DNA from: the human T2T-CHM13v2.0 reference genome, Homo sapiens
NCBI RefSeq assembly: GCF_009914755.1
Contig: NC_060927.1
Strand: one strand, 5' to 3'
Length of the DNA stretch: 64,000 bases
Made by a program: the position numbers and the translations under genes. The notes beneath the pieces were generated by a model, which saw only the letters and a list, made by a program, of their open reading frames with translations, had not been told where the DNA came from and made no database searches. This document shows, piece after piece, positions 28,076 to 52,566 of the stretch; within the stretch, counting starts at the first letter, position 1, and each line of letters opens with the position of its first letter.

Positions 28076-29407
28076 CTTATTGTGCGCAGATATACTTATA
28101 TCTGTATATGTCTACAATTTTCTATGCCATTGTATATTATACCATTGTAGATATACACATGAATATACACAATATGCAAATTGCTTTCATGTGGACAATG
28201 TGGGGGAAATGTCCATATGCCACAGTTGAGTCTTCTGTCCCTTCTCTCTATGCTGGGAGGGTATTCAATTTCAGTAGATCATCAGACCTGTGGTGCTAAT
28301 ATACAGTTCCCATAAAGGGCTTTTGAATCTGTTTGATGTACCTGCCACAGTTCTTAACATTTCTCTCACTCTGTGCTCAGAGAGAACTCTTCAAGCTGGT
28401 CTTGTAAGTAAGTCACTTGACTTCTGTCAGTGTATTGTTATTCAATCCCTCTACTGGGATTTAAAATCTGAAAGTCGTATTTTACGGAAATCTTTCAAGT
28501 TGTCATCAGGGTACTAATTAGATATTTTTAAAGACCTGTTTCTTACATTATCTTTGTTTTTTCCATGACCATTGGCCTTTGGGATCCCCTGTGGCCACTT
28601 TTTGGCTACCGACTTCCTCAAATGCCCAGCAATTCTTGCCTGTTCATGTTCATAAATGAAGGTCTATGAGTACTGGCAGCCTGATGAGATATCTCAGCAA
28701 TTTTTAAGATCTCGCTTTGATTTTCTTGGGGATCTTCTCCTAAGTAGATGCTGCCGAAAGCTGTAGGCAGCCTCACCCTGGAGTTAGTGAGAAATGGATG
28801 AGAAAAGAATAAAGATATCAATTCAGAGGAGGAACAGGGACGGAAGGTTGAGAGTCTTCTTTGGTAGAGGGCGATGGCTCTGGGGGACCAGGACAACCCA
28901 GTCCAGAGTTCAGTTACTCTTGTGCCCACCCACAGGACACCTTGGGGTATATCCTGTGGTGAGCAGCTCCATGGCTGGAGCTGGGGCCCACGCTTCGCTC
29001 TTCCTCAAAACCCCTGGCCCTGAGTCTGGGATTCCTCCAGAACTTTTCCATAAGCCTGCTTCCTGCTTATGGTGGTATGTGGTCTTCTCAATCCTGAACA
29101 CTCTCTCAAAACAGTTGTCTTCTAGAAATTTCTCAAATTAGGCATCTATTATTGATAACTTGCCCTGTTTATAGTGATATTGTGCATTTTTACTTATTTT
29201 CCTACCTATTTTGATTACTTCAATGGAATTTTGTGGGAGCCAGCAAAATAAACACATGAACTTTTCACCATTAGGATTTACAATCCTAATTCATTTAGAA
29301 ATATGTTAATATATGTATATGTATATATGTATGCAGGTATACACATATGCATACATATATGTCATGTGTGTGCCAAGAAAACAACCAAAATATTCCAACT
29401 ACGTTAA

Positions 29408-29804
<397 letters not shown>

Positions 29805-29814
29805 TGTGTTGTGA

Positions 29815-30320
29815 TTTTTTAAAATAACAAATTCACATACCATAAAATTCACCATTTTAAAGTGTACAAACTCAGTGCTTTTTAGTATATTCACAGAACG
29901 TGCAATCATCACCACAATCAATTTTAGAATACCTTCATCATTCCCAAAATAAACTCATACTCATTAGCAGTCACACCCATTCCCCTCTCTCTATAGCCTC
30001 CAGCAACCACAATCTTTCTGTAGATTTGTAGATTCCACATATCACTAATCTATGTGTCTATTTTGGGTATTTTACATAAATGTAATCACACATCATGTGG
30101 TGCTTTGTGTCTGTCTTATTTAACTTAGCATAATGTTTCCAAGGTCCATCCATGTTGTAGCATGTATCAGTACTTCATTCCTTTTTATGACTGAATAATA
30201 TTCTATTTTATGGTATACCACATTTTATTTATTCCTTCATCAATTGAATTACATTTGAGTTGTCCCTACTTTTTGGCTATTATGAACAATGTTGTTATGA
30301 AATTCATGTATAAACTGTAT
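29815..30320 (-). mobile_element. L1MB-type 3' end
   Basis: cacataccataaaattcaccattttaaagtgtaca and catgttgtagcatgtatcagtacttcattccttttt. Confidence 0.8.
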
Positions 30321-30671
30321 TGCTTTTGTAATTAAAAAAATACTGCTTAAAAAATTACAAAAATATTTTTTCAAAAATAGTACATCAAACTTTTCATTCA
30401 TTTATACCCGCTTTGCTCCTACCTAGAGCATATGGTTCTCTTATACTCTTAAAATCTGCCTAATACCTGCAAATACCTAGGTAGAATAAATTAAATAAGA
30501 ATAAACAGACATTCTTGTATTAATTGGTGGTCAATGAATACAACTAATAATAACATTTGAAAATTTTCTTTTCAAAATGATGAGAGTACTCTAATTTATG
30601 TTAACAACTGCTATAGCATTTACAACTATTATTTCAGAAGTAGGCCTTCCTTTTAAGAATATCATCTTAGA

Positions 30672-31266
<595 letters not shown>

Positions 31267-31499
31267 TCTCATTTTGGAATATATTTTACTCTGTCACATA
31301 CAACAGTCAGAAAACAATACTTTGTGTACTGAATTAAAACCTGCCCAGGCCAGGAAAAAAGAAAAAAAAAATCTATTTTGCCACCCACTCATAGAGTGCA
31401 ACCTTTAGAAAGGGATTATTTCCATTACATTTTCATCAGAGACTGGCAAAGAAAAGTATATCATGTTATTACAGAGCCTGGAAATGTAATGACTTCCAG

Positions 31500-31512
31500 G
31501 TTGCTAAGCAAC
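31500..31512. promoter_or_regulatory. Candidate RFX X-box
   Basis: Palindrome GTTGC-TAA-GCAAC matches RFX consensus GTNRC(C/N)-N0-3-RGYAAC; motif only. Confidence 0.4.
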
Positions 31513-33138
31513 GTCACAACGTTAAAGGGCCCGGTATCTGTGATCTCTAGAGACACTCTCAAATTTCATTAAAACCTGCTCAGAACCATTACACAAAAGA
31601 TCCATGTAGAGTTTATAAACAGGCTTAGTTTCTTGACATGACAATGAAGGAATTAAAAAAAAAAGCAAGTGGCATCAAAACTTTTGTGGAACTTAAAACC
31701 AAATATTTTGGAGATGCAATTAATGAAATCCATAATGTTTCTAGAAGTGTTTCATAGAAAGAAACCAGAGACTATCACTTTATGATAAATAAGTGTTTAG
31801 TGGGGATTACCAGGCAAGATGGCCAAATAGGAGCAGCTCTGGTCTGCAGCTCCCAGCAAGACCAACCCAGAAGGTGGGTGATTTCTACATTTCCAACTGA
31901 GGTACTCAGCTCATCTCACTGGGACTGGTTAACTGGTTAGACAGTGCGTACAGCCCACGGAGCACAAGCCAAAGCAGGGTGGGGCATTGCCTCACCCAGG
32001 AAGGGCAAGGGGTTGGGGAACTTCCTACCCTAGCCAAGGGAAGCCATGAGGGACTGTGCCACGAGCGACGGAGCTATTCGGCCCAGATACTATGCTTTCC
32101 CCATGGTCTTTGCAACTTGCAGACCAGGAAATTCCCGCAGGTGCCTACACCACAAAAGCCCTGGGTTTCATGCACAAAACTGGGTGGCCAAGCTAGCTGC
32201 AGGAGTATTTTTCCAAACCCCAGTGGCGCCTGGAACGTCAGCATGAAAGAACTGTTCACTACCCTGAAAAGGGGGCTGAAGCCAGGGAGCCAAGTGGTCT
32301 TGCTCAGCGGATTCTACCCCCATGGAGCCCAGCAAGCTAAGATCCACTGGCTTGAAATTCTTACTGACAGCACAGCAATCTGAAGCTGATCCTGGATGCT
32401 CGAGCTTGGTGGGGGGAGGGGCGTACACCATTACTGAGGCTTGAGTAGGTGGTTTTCCCTTCACAGTGTAAACAAAGCTGCCTGGAAGTTTGAACTGGGC
32501 AGAGCCCACCGCAGCTCAGCAAGGCCACTGTGGTCAGACTGCCTCTCTAGATTCCTCCACTCTGGGCAGGGCATCTCTGAAAGAAAGGCAGCAGCTCCAG
32601 TCAGGGTACTGTAGATCAAACTCCCATCTCCCTAGGACAGAGCAACTCGGGGAAGGGGCGGCTGTGGGCACAGCTTCAGCAGACTTAAATGTTCCTGCTT
32701 GCTGGGTCTGAAGAGAGCAGCGGTTCTCTCAGCACAGTGCTCAAGCTCTGCTAACAGATGGTCTGCCTCCTCAAGTGGGTCCCTGACCCCCGTGCCTCCT
32801 GATGGGGAGATACCTCATGGCAGGAGTCGACAGACACCTCACACAGGAGAGCTCCAGCTGACATCTGGCAGCTGCCCCTCTGGGAAAAAGCTTCTGAGGA
32901 AGGAGCAGGCAGCAATCTTTGCTGTTCTGCAGCCTCTGCTGGTGATACCCAGGCAAACAGGGTCTGAAGTGGACCCCCAGCAAACTCCTGCTGACGAGCA
33001 GAAGAGAAGCCTGACTGTTAAAAGAAAAACTAACAAACAGAAAGCAATAGCATCAACATCAACAAAAAGGACAACCACGCAGACACTCCATCCGAAGGTC
33101 ACCAATAGCAAAGACCACATGTAAATAAATCCACAAAG

Positions 33139-34155
33139 ATGAGGAAAAATCAGCGCAAAAAGGATGAAAATTCCAAAAACCAGAATGCCTATTCTCCAAA
33201 TGATCATAACTCCTCGCCAGTGAGGAAACAAAACTGGATGGAGAACGAGTTTGATGAATTGACAGAAGTAGGCTTCAGAAGGTGGGTAATAATAAACTCC
33301 TCCAAGCTAAAGAGCATCTTCTAGCCCAATGCAAGGAAGCTGAGAACCTTGATAAAAGGTTAGAGGAATTGCTAACTAAAATAACCAGTTTAGAGAAGAA
33401 CATAAATGACCTGATGGAGCTGAATAACACAGTACAAGAACTTCGTGAAGCATACACAAGTATCAATAACCGAATCAATCAAGCAGAAGAAAGGATATCA
33501 GAGATTGAAGATCAACTTAATGAAATAAAGTGTGAAGACAAGATTAGAGAAAAAAGAATGAAAAGGAACAAACAAAGCCTCCAAGAAATATGGGATTATG
33601 TGAAAAGACCAAACCTACATTTGATTGGTGTACCTGAAAGCGATGGAAAGAATGGAACCAAGTTGGAAAACACTCTGCAGGATATTATCCAGGAGAACTT
33701 CCCCAACCTAGCAAGACAGGACAACATTCAAATTCAGGAAATACGGAGAACACCACAAAGATACTCCTCAGGAAGAGCAACCCCAAGAAACACAATTGTC
33801 AAATTCACCAAGGTTAAAATAAAGGAAAAAATGTTAAGGGGAGCCAGAGAGAAAGGTCGGGTTACCCACAAAGGGAAGCCCATCAGACTAACAGCAGATA
33901 TCTCTGCAGAAACCCTACAAGCCAGAAAAGAGTGGGGGCCAATATTCAACATTCTTAAAGAATTTTCAACCCAGAATTTCATATCCAGCCAAACTAAGCT
34001 TCATAAGTAAAGGAGAAATAAAATCCTTTACAGACAAGCAAATGCTGAGGGATTTTGTCACCACCAGGCCTGCCTTACAAGAGCTCCTGAAGGAAGCACT
34101 AAATATGGAAAGGAAAAGCCAGTACCAGCCACTGCAGAAACAAACCAAAATGTAA
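33139..34155 (+). pseudogene. L1 ORF1p remnant (frameshifted)
   Basis: MRKNQRKK... start; coiled coil, SLQEIWDYVKRPNL, GKPIRLTAD; split over several frames. Confidence 0.9.
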
Positions 34156-34218
34156 AGACTATTGACACTATGAATTAACTGCATCAACTAACGGGCAAAA
34201 TAACCAGCTAGCATCATA

Positions 34219-39862
<5,644 letters not shown>

Positions 39863-39874
39863 AAAATGAGTGGC

Positions 39875-40287
39875 ACTTACATATACACCATGGAATACTA
39901 TGCAGCCATAAAAAAGGATGAGTTCATGTCCTTTGTAGGGACACGGATGAAGCTGGAAACCATCATTATCAGCAAACTATCGCAAGGACAAAAAACCAAG
40001 CACCACATGTTCTCACTCATAGGTGGGAACTGAACAATGAGAACACTTGGACACAGCAAGGTGAACATCATATACCGGGGCCTGTCATGGGGTAGGGGAG
40101 CGGGGAGGGATAGCAGTAAAAGATATACCTAATGTAAATGACGAGTTAATGGGTGTAGCACACCAACATGGCACATATATACATATGTAACAAACCTGCA
40201 CGTTGTGCACATGTACCCTAGAACTTAAAGTATAATAAATAAAATAAAATAAATAAAATAATAAAAAATAAAACAAAATAAAATAAA
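39875..40287 (+). mobile_element. Short L1PA5-like 3' fragment nested in the L1PA7/8
   Basis: gaacacttggacac, aatgtaaatgacgagttaat, ccctagaact diagnostics; own (TAAAA)n tail. Confidence 0.85.
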
Positions 40288-42299
40288 AAAGAAAATGTGG
40301 CACATTTACACCATGGAATACTATGCAGCCATAAAAAAGAATGAGTTCAAGTCCTTTGTGGGGACATGGATGAAGCTGGAAACCATCATTCTCAGCAAAC
40401 TAACACAGGAACAGAAAACCAAACACTGCATGTTCTCACTCATTAGTGGGAGCTGAACAATGAGAGCATATGTTCACAGGAAGGGGAACATCACACACCA
40501 GGGCCTGTCGGGAGATGGGAAGCAAGGGGAGGGCTGGCATTAGGAGAAACACCTAATGTAGATGACGAGTTGATGGGTGCAGCAAACCACCATGGCACAT
40601 GTATACCTATGTAATAAACCTGCACATTCTGTACATGTATCCCAGAACTTAAAGTATTTAAAAAAAAAATAGTGAAAAAAGAAAAAAAAAGTGTTCAGTA
40701 TCCTAAAAAATACATGTACTGTATGGAACTCTGAGACTTTCTTTGAAGAATGGATAAAAATGTTATATGCATAAATTGGAAATGGAGGCAGAATAATTTG
40801 AAATGAGAGCCCTAATCATTACTTGCTTCAGGGAGGGTCATGATAGCAGCTTGCTTTCAACTGAAAAAGGAAATCAAGATGCCATGAGAAATAATTCTCA
40901 GGAACACTTTCAAAACATTTCCTTGAACAATGGTGTTGAAAAAGACTAATCCCTGAAACAGAAAACGTTAAACAAGCCTCAATAACAATTTCATGGCCAT
41001 CACTGGGATACCGGTCTAGGAAGTTTGGCACAACTGCCTAAAATGCCAATGAGACCTGATCTATGACATACGTTTGGGGCACTAACCCTTGCCCAGCCAT
41101 CTCCTAAATGTTCTAAGCAGAAAGACTGGAAGGAGACCATGTGGTTTAGCTCAACCTTACTCATCACCCCTACAAGCCAAAATATTTTTTAAAAATCAAA
41201 GTAAATGTGCACTGACACAGATCAAAAAGGTCACTTACTATGATGCTTGATTTTAAAGGCAAATTCTTAAGAAGAAACTATGCATGCATGTGGGATCATA
41301 GGTTTGCTATGCTAAATGGGTAGTGAGAGTGGCAGAGGATACATATTACATAAATATTTATTTTTAATTCCCTAGTTCCCAGGAAGTCTGATTGATTAGG
41401 GAAGCCCAAGTCTTTAGGGGCATGAACAAGTGCACTGAGAAATTGTTGGGTAGTTGGCTGTCATGTGCTCACATACCCAAGTGAAGAAAAAAATTAAAAT
41501 CTTGCACAAGATGTGAGATTTCATAAAATCAGCGCCAGTGATGATAGAAAAATTACACCAAAGTCTTTGATGAGTGAGGGTCTGACAGATAAACACAAAA
41601 CTAGATGATTAACAGCTGGAGAAGAGAAAAATCTCTTCAAGGGTGAAGACAAGACAATTCAAAAGACAGGCAATTCAAAAGGGAATGCTAATTTGAATAG
41701 CAATGGAAAACTGAGGAAGATCTTACATAGTTTTACAAAAAGAGACTCATTTTTATGATGGGGCTGGAAAGGTTACATATGAAGAATGTTATAACGTGCC
41801 ATTGTGCAATTTTGATAATGTGAAAGATGACATACAAGAAAGTTTAGAATCACTGATAAAGCCCCAAGTGATGGAGAAAAAGGTCCATCTACAGGCCTTC
41901 TTACCATACCGTCAGAGTAAGACTGCATCTCTACTGACTCCCAGAGGCAGGGAGATAGGGAACACAGGCCCTCTGGGTGGAGGTCACCTCTGTCCTGGCT
42001 GGAATCAGGAGTCATCCCAGAACTCTTCAGGCTCCAGCAAGGTCCCTACAGCTCACTCACGGCCTCACCCATCCAGTTGGCCTGGGACAGTCAAGGCCAA
42101 TCTCATTCCTCATTGTGTCCAAGTTTATACAGGTCGCCATGTAAAGCCCAGGCCCCCCAGGTCAGCCTTCTTCCCCTGGGCTCTCATCTCTATGAGGCTC
42201 TGTACATCCTATATTCTGATTCTTATCTTTACCCCTCCTCTTGAATCCCTTCTATTCACTGTGCCCTTTGGACAGAGTCACCAGCAGGACTTCCTTTAT

Positions 42300-43788
42300 C
42301 CTCAGTCTCTTTCCAGGATGCGCCATTCACTTTGCTGTAACTGAAACTGGGCTTTTCCCGCGTGATATGCTCCTCTTGCATGTGTCTCATGCCCCTGAGC
42401 TGCTGGGCCTGGAGAAGGCTCCTTGGTTCTCACTGCTGCTTCCCGGCCATTCTCCACCCTTCCTCCATGCATCCCCTGCCCCTCTGCCCCCAGCTTTAAA
42501 TCTTATGTCACCAGAGAACACCTTCTACTCTTACCTGTGGCAGTTATCTGTGGGTTATCAGGTCGCTCACACTCCCATTCCCCAGCTCACTGTCAGTGTC
42601 TTCAACACCACCTTTATCGAGTGCTTGGTCATTTCAAAGTCCATAGAGAGGGTCCTTCCAAAACTACTCATTTCTTTGGCTTTCCCTCCAGTGATCTTGT
42701 CGTCCTCCACACTTGATTCACTCTCCTCATTTTAACCTATACCTGGTCACTACCATTAACTGGCAACCCTTCCGGAATCCACATTCAAGCATTCCACATT
42801 CTGATACCATTCTGCTTTAGTCCAGACCTCTTTCTGTTGGAATTCCAGGCCTATAGAGCCAACTGCTAGCTTGCCATTTCCAGATGGATGTTCAACAGGC
42901 ATCTTAAATGTAAAATGTTCAAAACTGAGCTCCTGGTTTTCTCTCTGCCCTCAAATCAGCTCCTCCTACAGTTTTAGCCATCTCAGTGTTGTCTTAGGCC
43001 AAAATTGGAATCATCTTTGACTATTTCTTTCATAGTCTCCAACTAATCTGTCAGGAAATTCTGTTGGTTCTGCTTTCAAGATATATCCAAAATATAACCA
43101 TTTTTTACCCCCTCCAAGTCATGATCAGGACTCTGCTGATACAGCAACCCCCTGACATGTATCTCTTATCCTTCACCCTCTTCAATGACTACTCTCAATG
43201 CAACAGCCAGATTGTCTCTCCCTTCAGCTCAAAACCCTCCAAAGGCTTCCACTTCACTGGGGATAAAGACCAGTGTTTACGAGGGTTTACAGGGCCTTTG
43301 TAACCTCTTTCCTCCACGACACCCTTCCCTGTTGTCTCCCTCACATCCTATTTGTCTCCTTCTTGCTCAATTTGCTCTGGACACAGGGGCTTCCTTATAG
43401 TCCCTAGAACATACCATGAATATACCTGCCTTGTGGCCTTAGCACTTGCTATTTCCCTGCTCCAAACACTCCCTGGCTGCTTTCTCTACTTCTTTCAGTC
43501 TTCACTCAGATGTCATCTCAGAGAGGCCTTCCCTAGTCACATTATCTAAAAGCTGCAAATAGCCTGTTGTCTTTCCTCTCTTCCTTTCTCTCTATATTTT
43601 TCTTCTTAGTGCTTTCCCTATGTAAAATACCACATAGTTTACTTAATAAATGTGGCTATCATGTCACTCTCTTAGTAAGCTCCATTAGAGCAGGGTTTTC
43701 TGTCTGTCTTGTTCCCTGCTGTATCCCCAACATTGAGAACCATGTGTGCCACAGAGCAGGCACTCAATATTTACTTGTTGAGTGAATG
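42300..43788 (+). mobile_element. L2 element (3' portion clear from about 42820)
   Basis: tggatgttcaacaggcatctt...aaaactgagctcc; cagatgtcatctcagagaggccttccct; ends caggcactcaatatttacttgttgagtgaatg. Confidence 0.75.
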
Positions 43789-44472
43789 GTCACTCTGTCT
43801 TACTGAGGACTTTTTCTGTGTGGTACTGAAAAATGCTGAATAACTCATTAGAATGACTTCATAATATTGTTAAAAGACAAAATAAATTCACTTTGATAAA
43901 TGTTAGTTTCATATTTTGAGATTAAATCCCAATGAAACCTGTTGTCATTATTTACCATAATTGTTATTGCCAGTTTAAATGAATCTATATTAAGTGGTTA
44001 GTTTTCTAATATCACTTATTCTAGAACAAAAAGAAACTCCTGTGTTATAAAATAATATACCTAAACCTTGTTGAATAGTTCTGTTGACTGAATTCAAGAT
44101 ACTAGTTTACAAAAAAAAACAAGAGGTCGTACTTTACATGATAATGTTTCAATTCAACTTATCTAACAGCTTGAACTTAAAATACTCTCTTGGATAAATA
44201 TTGTAAATATCAACTGAACTATACTCTTTATCTTTATATTTTTCTGTGATTACTTAAAACCTGACACCAAACTCTGGTTATTTGCTTTATATATAGCCTA
44301 TCTACTTGGAAACAATCTTGCTAAGGAAAGAGATATATTCCTATGAACATAATGTGGATATTTGTTATTGTTTATTTCAATTAATGGAATTCATTTCTTA
44401 AAATTAATATAGATTAAAGAAAAATTGTAGTTAAATTATTTAAAAAACAAAATTTAAAAACATTTAGTGTAG

Positions 44473-44854
<382 letters not shown>

Positions 44855-45984
44855 TGGAAGTATTTTTCAAACATATTCATTCTAATACTCAACATGCTTT
44901 AAATGCTCATTGTTCTGAGACTGGTTTTGTTAAGAGCATGACACTAAAGACATCCCAAATTACCAAAGGAACCTGAAGCATTCTGCGCAGCAAAAGCTGC
45001 ACGGTTAAGTTGGTGATGGTCAAAATGATTACTAAGCATCAGGAAAACGCCATAGGAACTTACAATTACTATTATTAGAACCAGATAATAATTCCCTTTA
45101 AATGGAAATATTCAGGGATTGAATAAATAAATGATCCCTCACAGTAAACTTTCTTTTGTGTTTCTCCCACCACTCCCCTTGGTTCTCAAGAGGCTGCAGA
45201 ATGCAAAGCACCAGGGACTCTTAGCTTTTTACTTACAACTTATACTGGGCAGATTCTCAATGAATTAATATCAGAGAAGGAAGCAGTATTCTCAGCAACT
45301 CTTCTCCCTTTTTGAGAGTTATTATATCTGTTACCAAGAATAGTAGATTGGTCCTTTCCACATTTTAAATATTTCCCCTCAGGCATTAAAATTAACCACT
45401 TTGTTCCATAAATATTATCAAAATTTTATAGTTTTTACCCTTTACTTTAAAAAGTCAATGTGGGAAATAGGAGAATATTCACAGAGTTCCATGTATCTCT
45501 CCAAGCATGCCTTAGTGATTGCAAGGGTAACACACACCTGCATAGTGGAGACATGTGTCAGATGCCCTCTTAACCAAGCAATTAAACTTAGCATCACTAA
45601 AAATGGAGATGACTGACATCACATGCTTCTTAATATGATATAGTATAAGGGGCCACTATCAATGGGACATTCTGACCCAAAATATCACGAGGAAACAATC
45701 ATTCTACTCCAGAGTATGAGATATTCCATAAGACAAGTGACTCAGGCTTTTCAAAAAGTCAATTTCATATGGAAAAAAAAAAGATTCTTCTAGATTAAAA
45801 GAGACAAGGAAATAATAAATTCAGTATGCGAGCCTTGGTTGGAATGTGACTTAAACAAAAAAAGACTATAATAGTCATTTTTTGACAACTAATAATACCA
45901 GCATTTTGGGAGGCTGAGGCAGGCGATCACTTGAGCCCAGTTCAAGACCAGCCTGGGCAATATAGGGAAATCCTGTTTCTATTT

Positions 45985-46339
<355 letters not shown>

Positions 46340-48551
46340 TTTTATTTTTTTAAAAAGAAAATTAGCTGGGCATGCTGGTGCATGCCTGTAGTCCCAGCTA
46401 CTCGGAAGGCTGAGGTGAGATAATCAATTGAATCCCTGAGGTCAAGGCTGCAGTCCCCATGAGGGCACCACTGCATTCCTGCCTGAACAACAGAGAGACC
46501 TTGTCTCAAAAAATAAAAAAAAAAGTATTAAGTAGATATTAATGATATGAAATTGTTAATTTTCTTAGTTGTGATAATGGTATTATGGTTAGAGATCAAG
46601 TGTCATGATGTCTTCACTTTCACATGATTTAGAAAACACATACATACAACAGAAATATGGTAAAACGATAATTCTTGATTACACAGGTGCCCGTCCTATG
46701 ATTCTTTCAACTTTTCTTGGATTTTGAGATTTTTTTTAATAAAAAGAAGAGTAAAACTATCATCAATGGCAACAGAAACTTGAAAGAGCAGAAGATGCTG
46801 TAGAGAGAGTAGGGAACAAATTTTATCTGCTAGGATTACAGGAAGGGAGTAGGGGAGCTGAATCTCTTGAGAAAAGAAATCAAAACAGAAGGAAAATTAT
46901 GCTGCACAGGGGCTACAAATGACAGATTGGAGAAAAAAATAGGAAGGGAAGGCAACTAGCCTGGGCAACAGAGTGAAATTATGTCTCTAAAATTAAAAAG
47001 AAAAATCATATCACAACTTGGTATGCACAGCCACATGTGCAAACAGATGCAGAAAATGGGAAAAAAAGTTTCACAAAGCAATATCCTATGAACAATACAC
47101 TAAGATTTGTTATTCTGTTCTATTTCATTTTTATTTAAATAACAAATGCTACACCGTGAAACTTTAAATTGCTTGCAGTGGATCATGATGTGTAGTTGGA
47201 AAAACACAAATCTCAATCAACTTGCTTGCTTTGTCAGCAGTGAAACTTAGAGAGGTTGTGTCTTGTCTATGGCAGTACAAGTAGTTGACTGGAGAGCTGA
47301 GACTGGAACCCAGGGCTTTGGGCTCCTAGGCCACATTCTTTCTATTCCACTAAGCTGACTTTCACATTGTTTTGTCTTTAAAACACACATGAAACTTTTC
47401 AACCTCCTTAACTGACAATATTTTCCAAATCGCAAGCCTGGATGCTTATTATTATCCTTTATACCATTTCTGGGAAGAAATATACTGTATTCAGCCATTC
47501 AGATCATAAACTTCATAAGAGCAGAGGGCTTGCCTGTCTTGTTCTTCATGTATTATATCTTCAGCACTTCCACGTTTGGCTCAAAACAGATGCTCAATAT
47601 ACTATTGCTGAACAAATTAATGACTCCACTCTTGCGGATTTAGCTATTATCTCAATATTGATAACTCTTATATATACATATTCCTTTTTTTACAACTAGA
47701 GTCTAATTTTGCATTTCATTTTGTGGCCTGCTTTCACATTCACCCACCCTAATTTTCAAACACCAGATCACTTTTTCAAGGTGTTATTTGTCATTTTTAA
47801 CTGAACATGTGTAAAATTAAACTTATCATATTAAATGGGTTTTTCTCTACTTCTACTGAAGGTACTAATAATATCCCAGGTATAAGGATTAGGAATTCTT
47901 ATGAAGTGGCGTCCACAAACTCCAGTTTTCTCAAAAGTCAGGCAGGAAAGAAATGTTTGAATCACTTGAGTATAAGAACAGAGGGAGAATTGGAGCCACA
48001 GCCAAACCAGAGAACCCAGAACTACCTAAAACTTTTTTGACCCTTTGCGTTCCATTTGTGGTCCATAAATCTAGAGCCAAACTTAGTTCACATTCCCCTG
48101 CCTCAGAGACCTATACTCAATTAGTCACCAGACCTGGTTGATTTTTCCTATTAAATGCCTCTTGCAATGGTTCTGGATCATACATCCTTATATGGAATCA
48201 AACTGCAGATACTAGGAGGAGACCGCAAGTAAGGATGAAAGTAGAGAGCTGATGTGTGGGGAAATGAGACATGTTCAGATGGATCTTAAGAAAGCTTTCT
48301 CTGTCACATCCTGTGACATGTGATCTTGTCGATACCTATGGTAAAGATCTGTATATTTCCTCAAGGCTCTTGAGGTGGACTATCATTTTATCAATACTAA
48401 TACTGAGGTCTGAGTCCTGAGAAGGACTGGCTATAAATGACTCTGTTCCACTAGCCACTTTCTGAATCCGTCTTGCTCAATATCTCAGGAATATCTCTTC
48501 AGGGAATTATGTAAAAATTTTAGGCAGTATATTTCTTTTTTTGATAGACTT

Positions 48552-52566
<4,015 letters not shown>

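Noticed and set aside
28200-29275. Possible HAL1/old L1 remnant or processed pseudogene
   Set aside because: Resemblance too weak to call without a profile search.
41796-42735. 182-aa and 164-aa ORFs as genes
   Set aside because: No recognisable domain or splice structure; non-ATG starts; partly overlap L2-like sequence.
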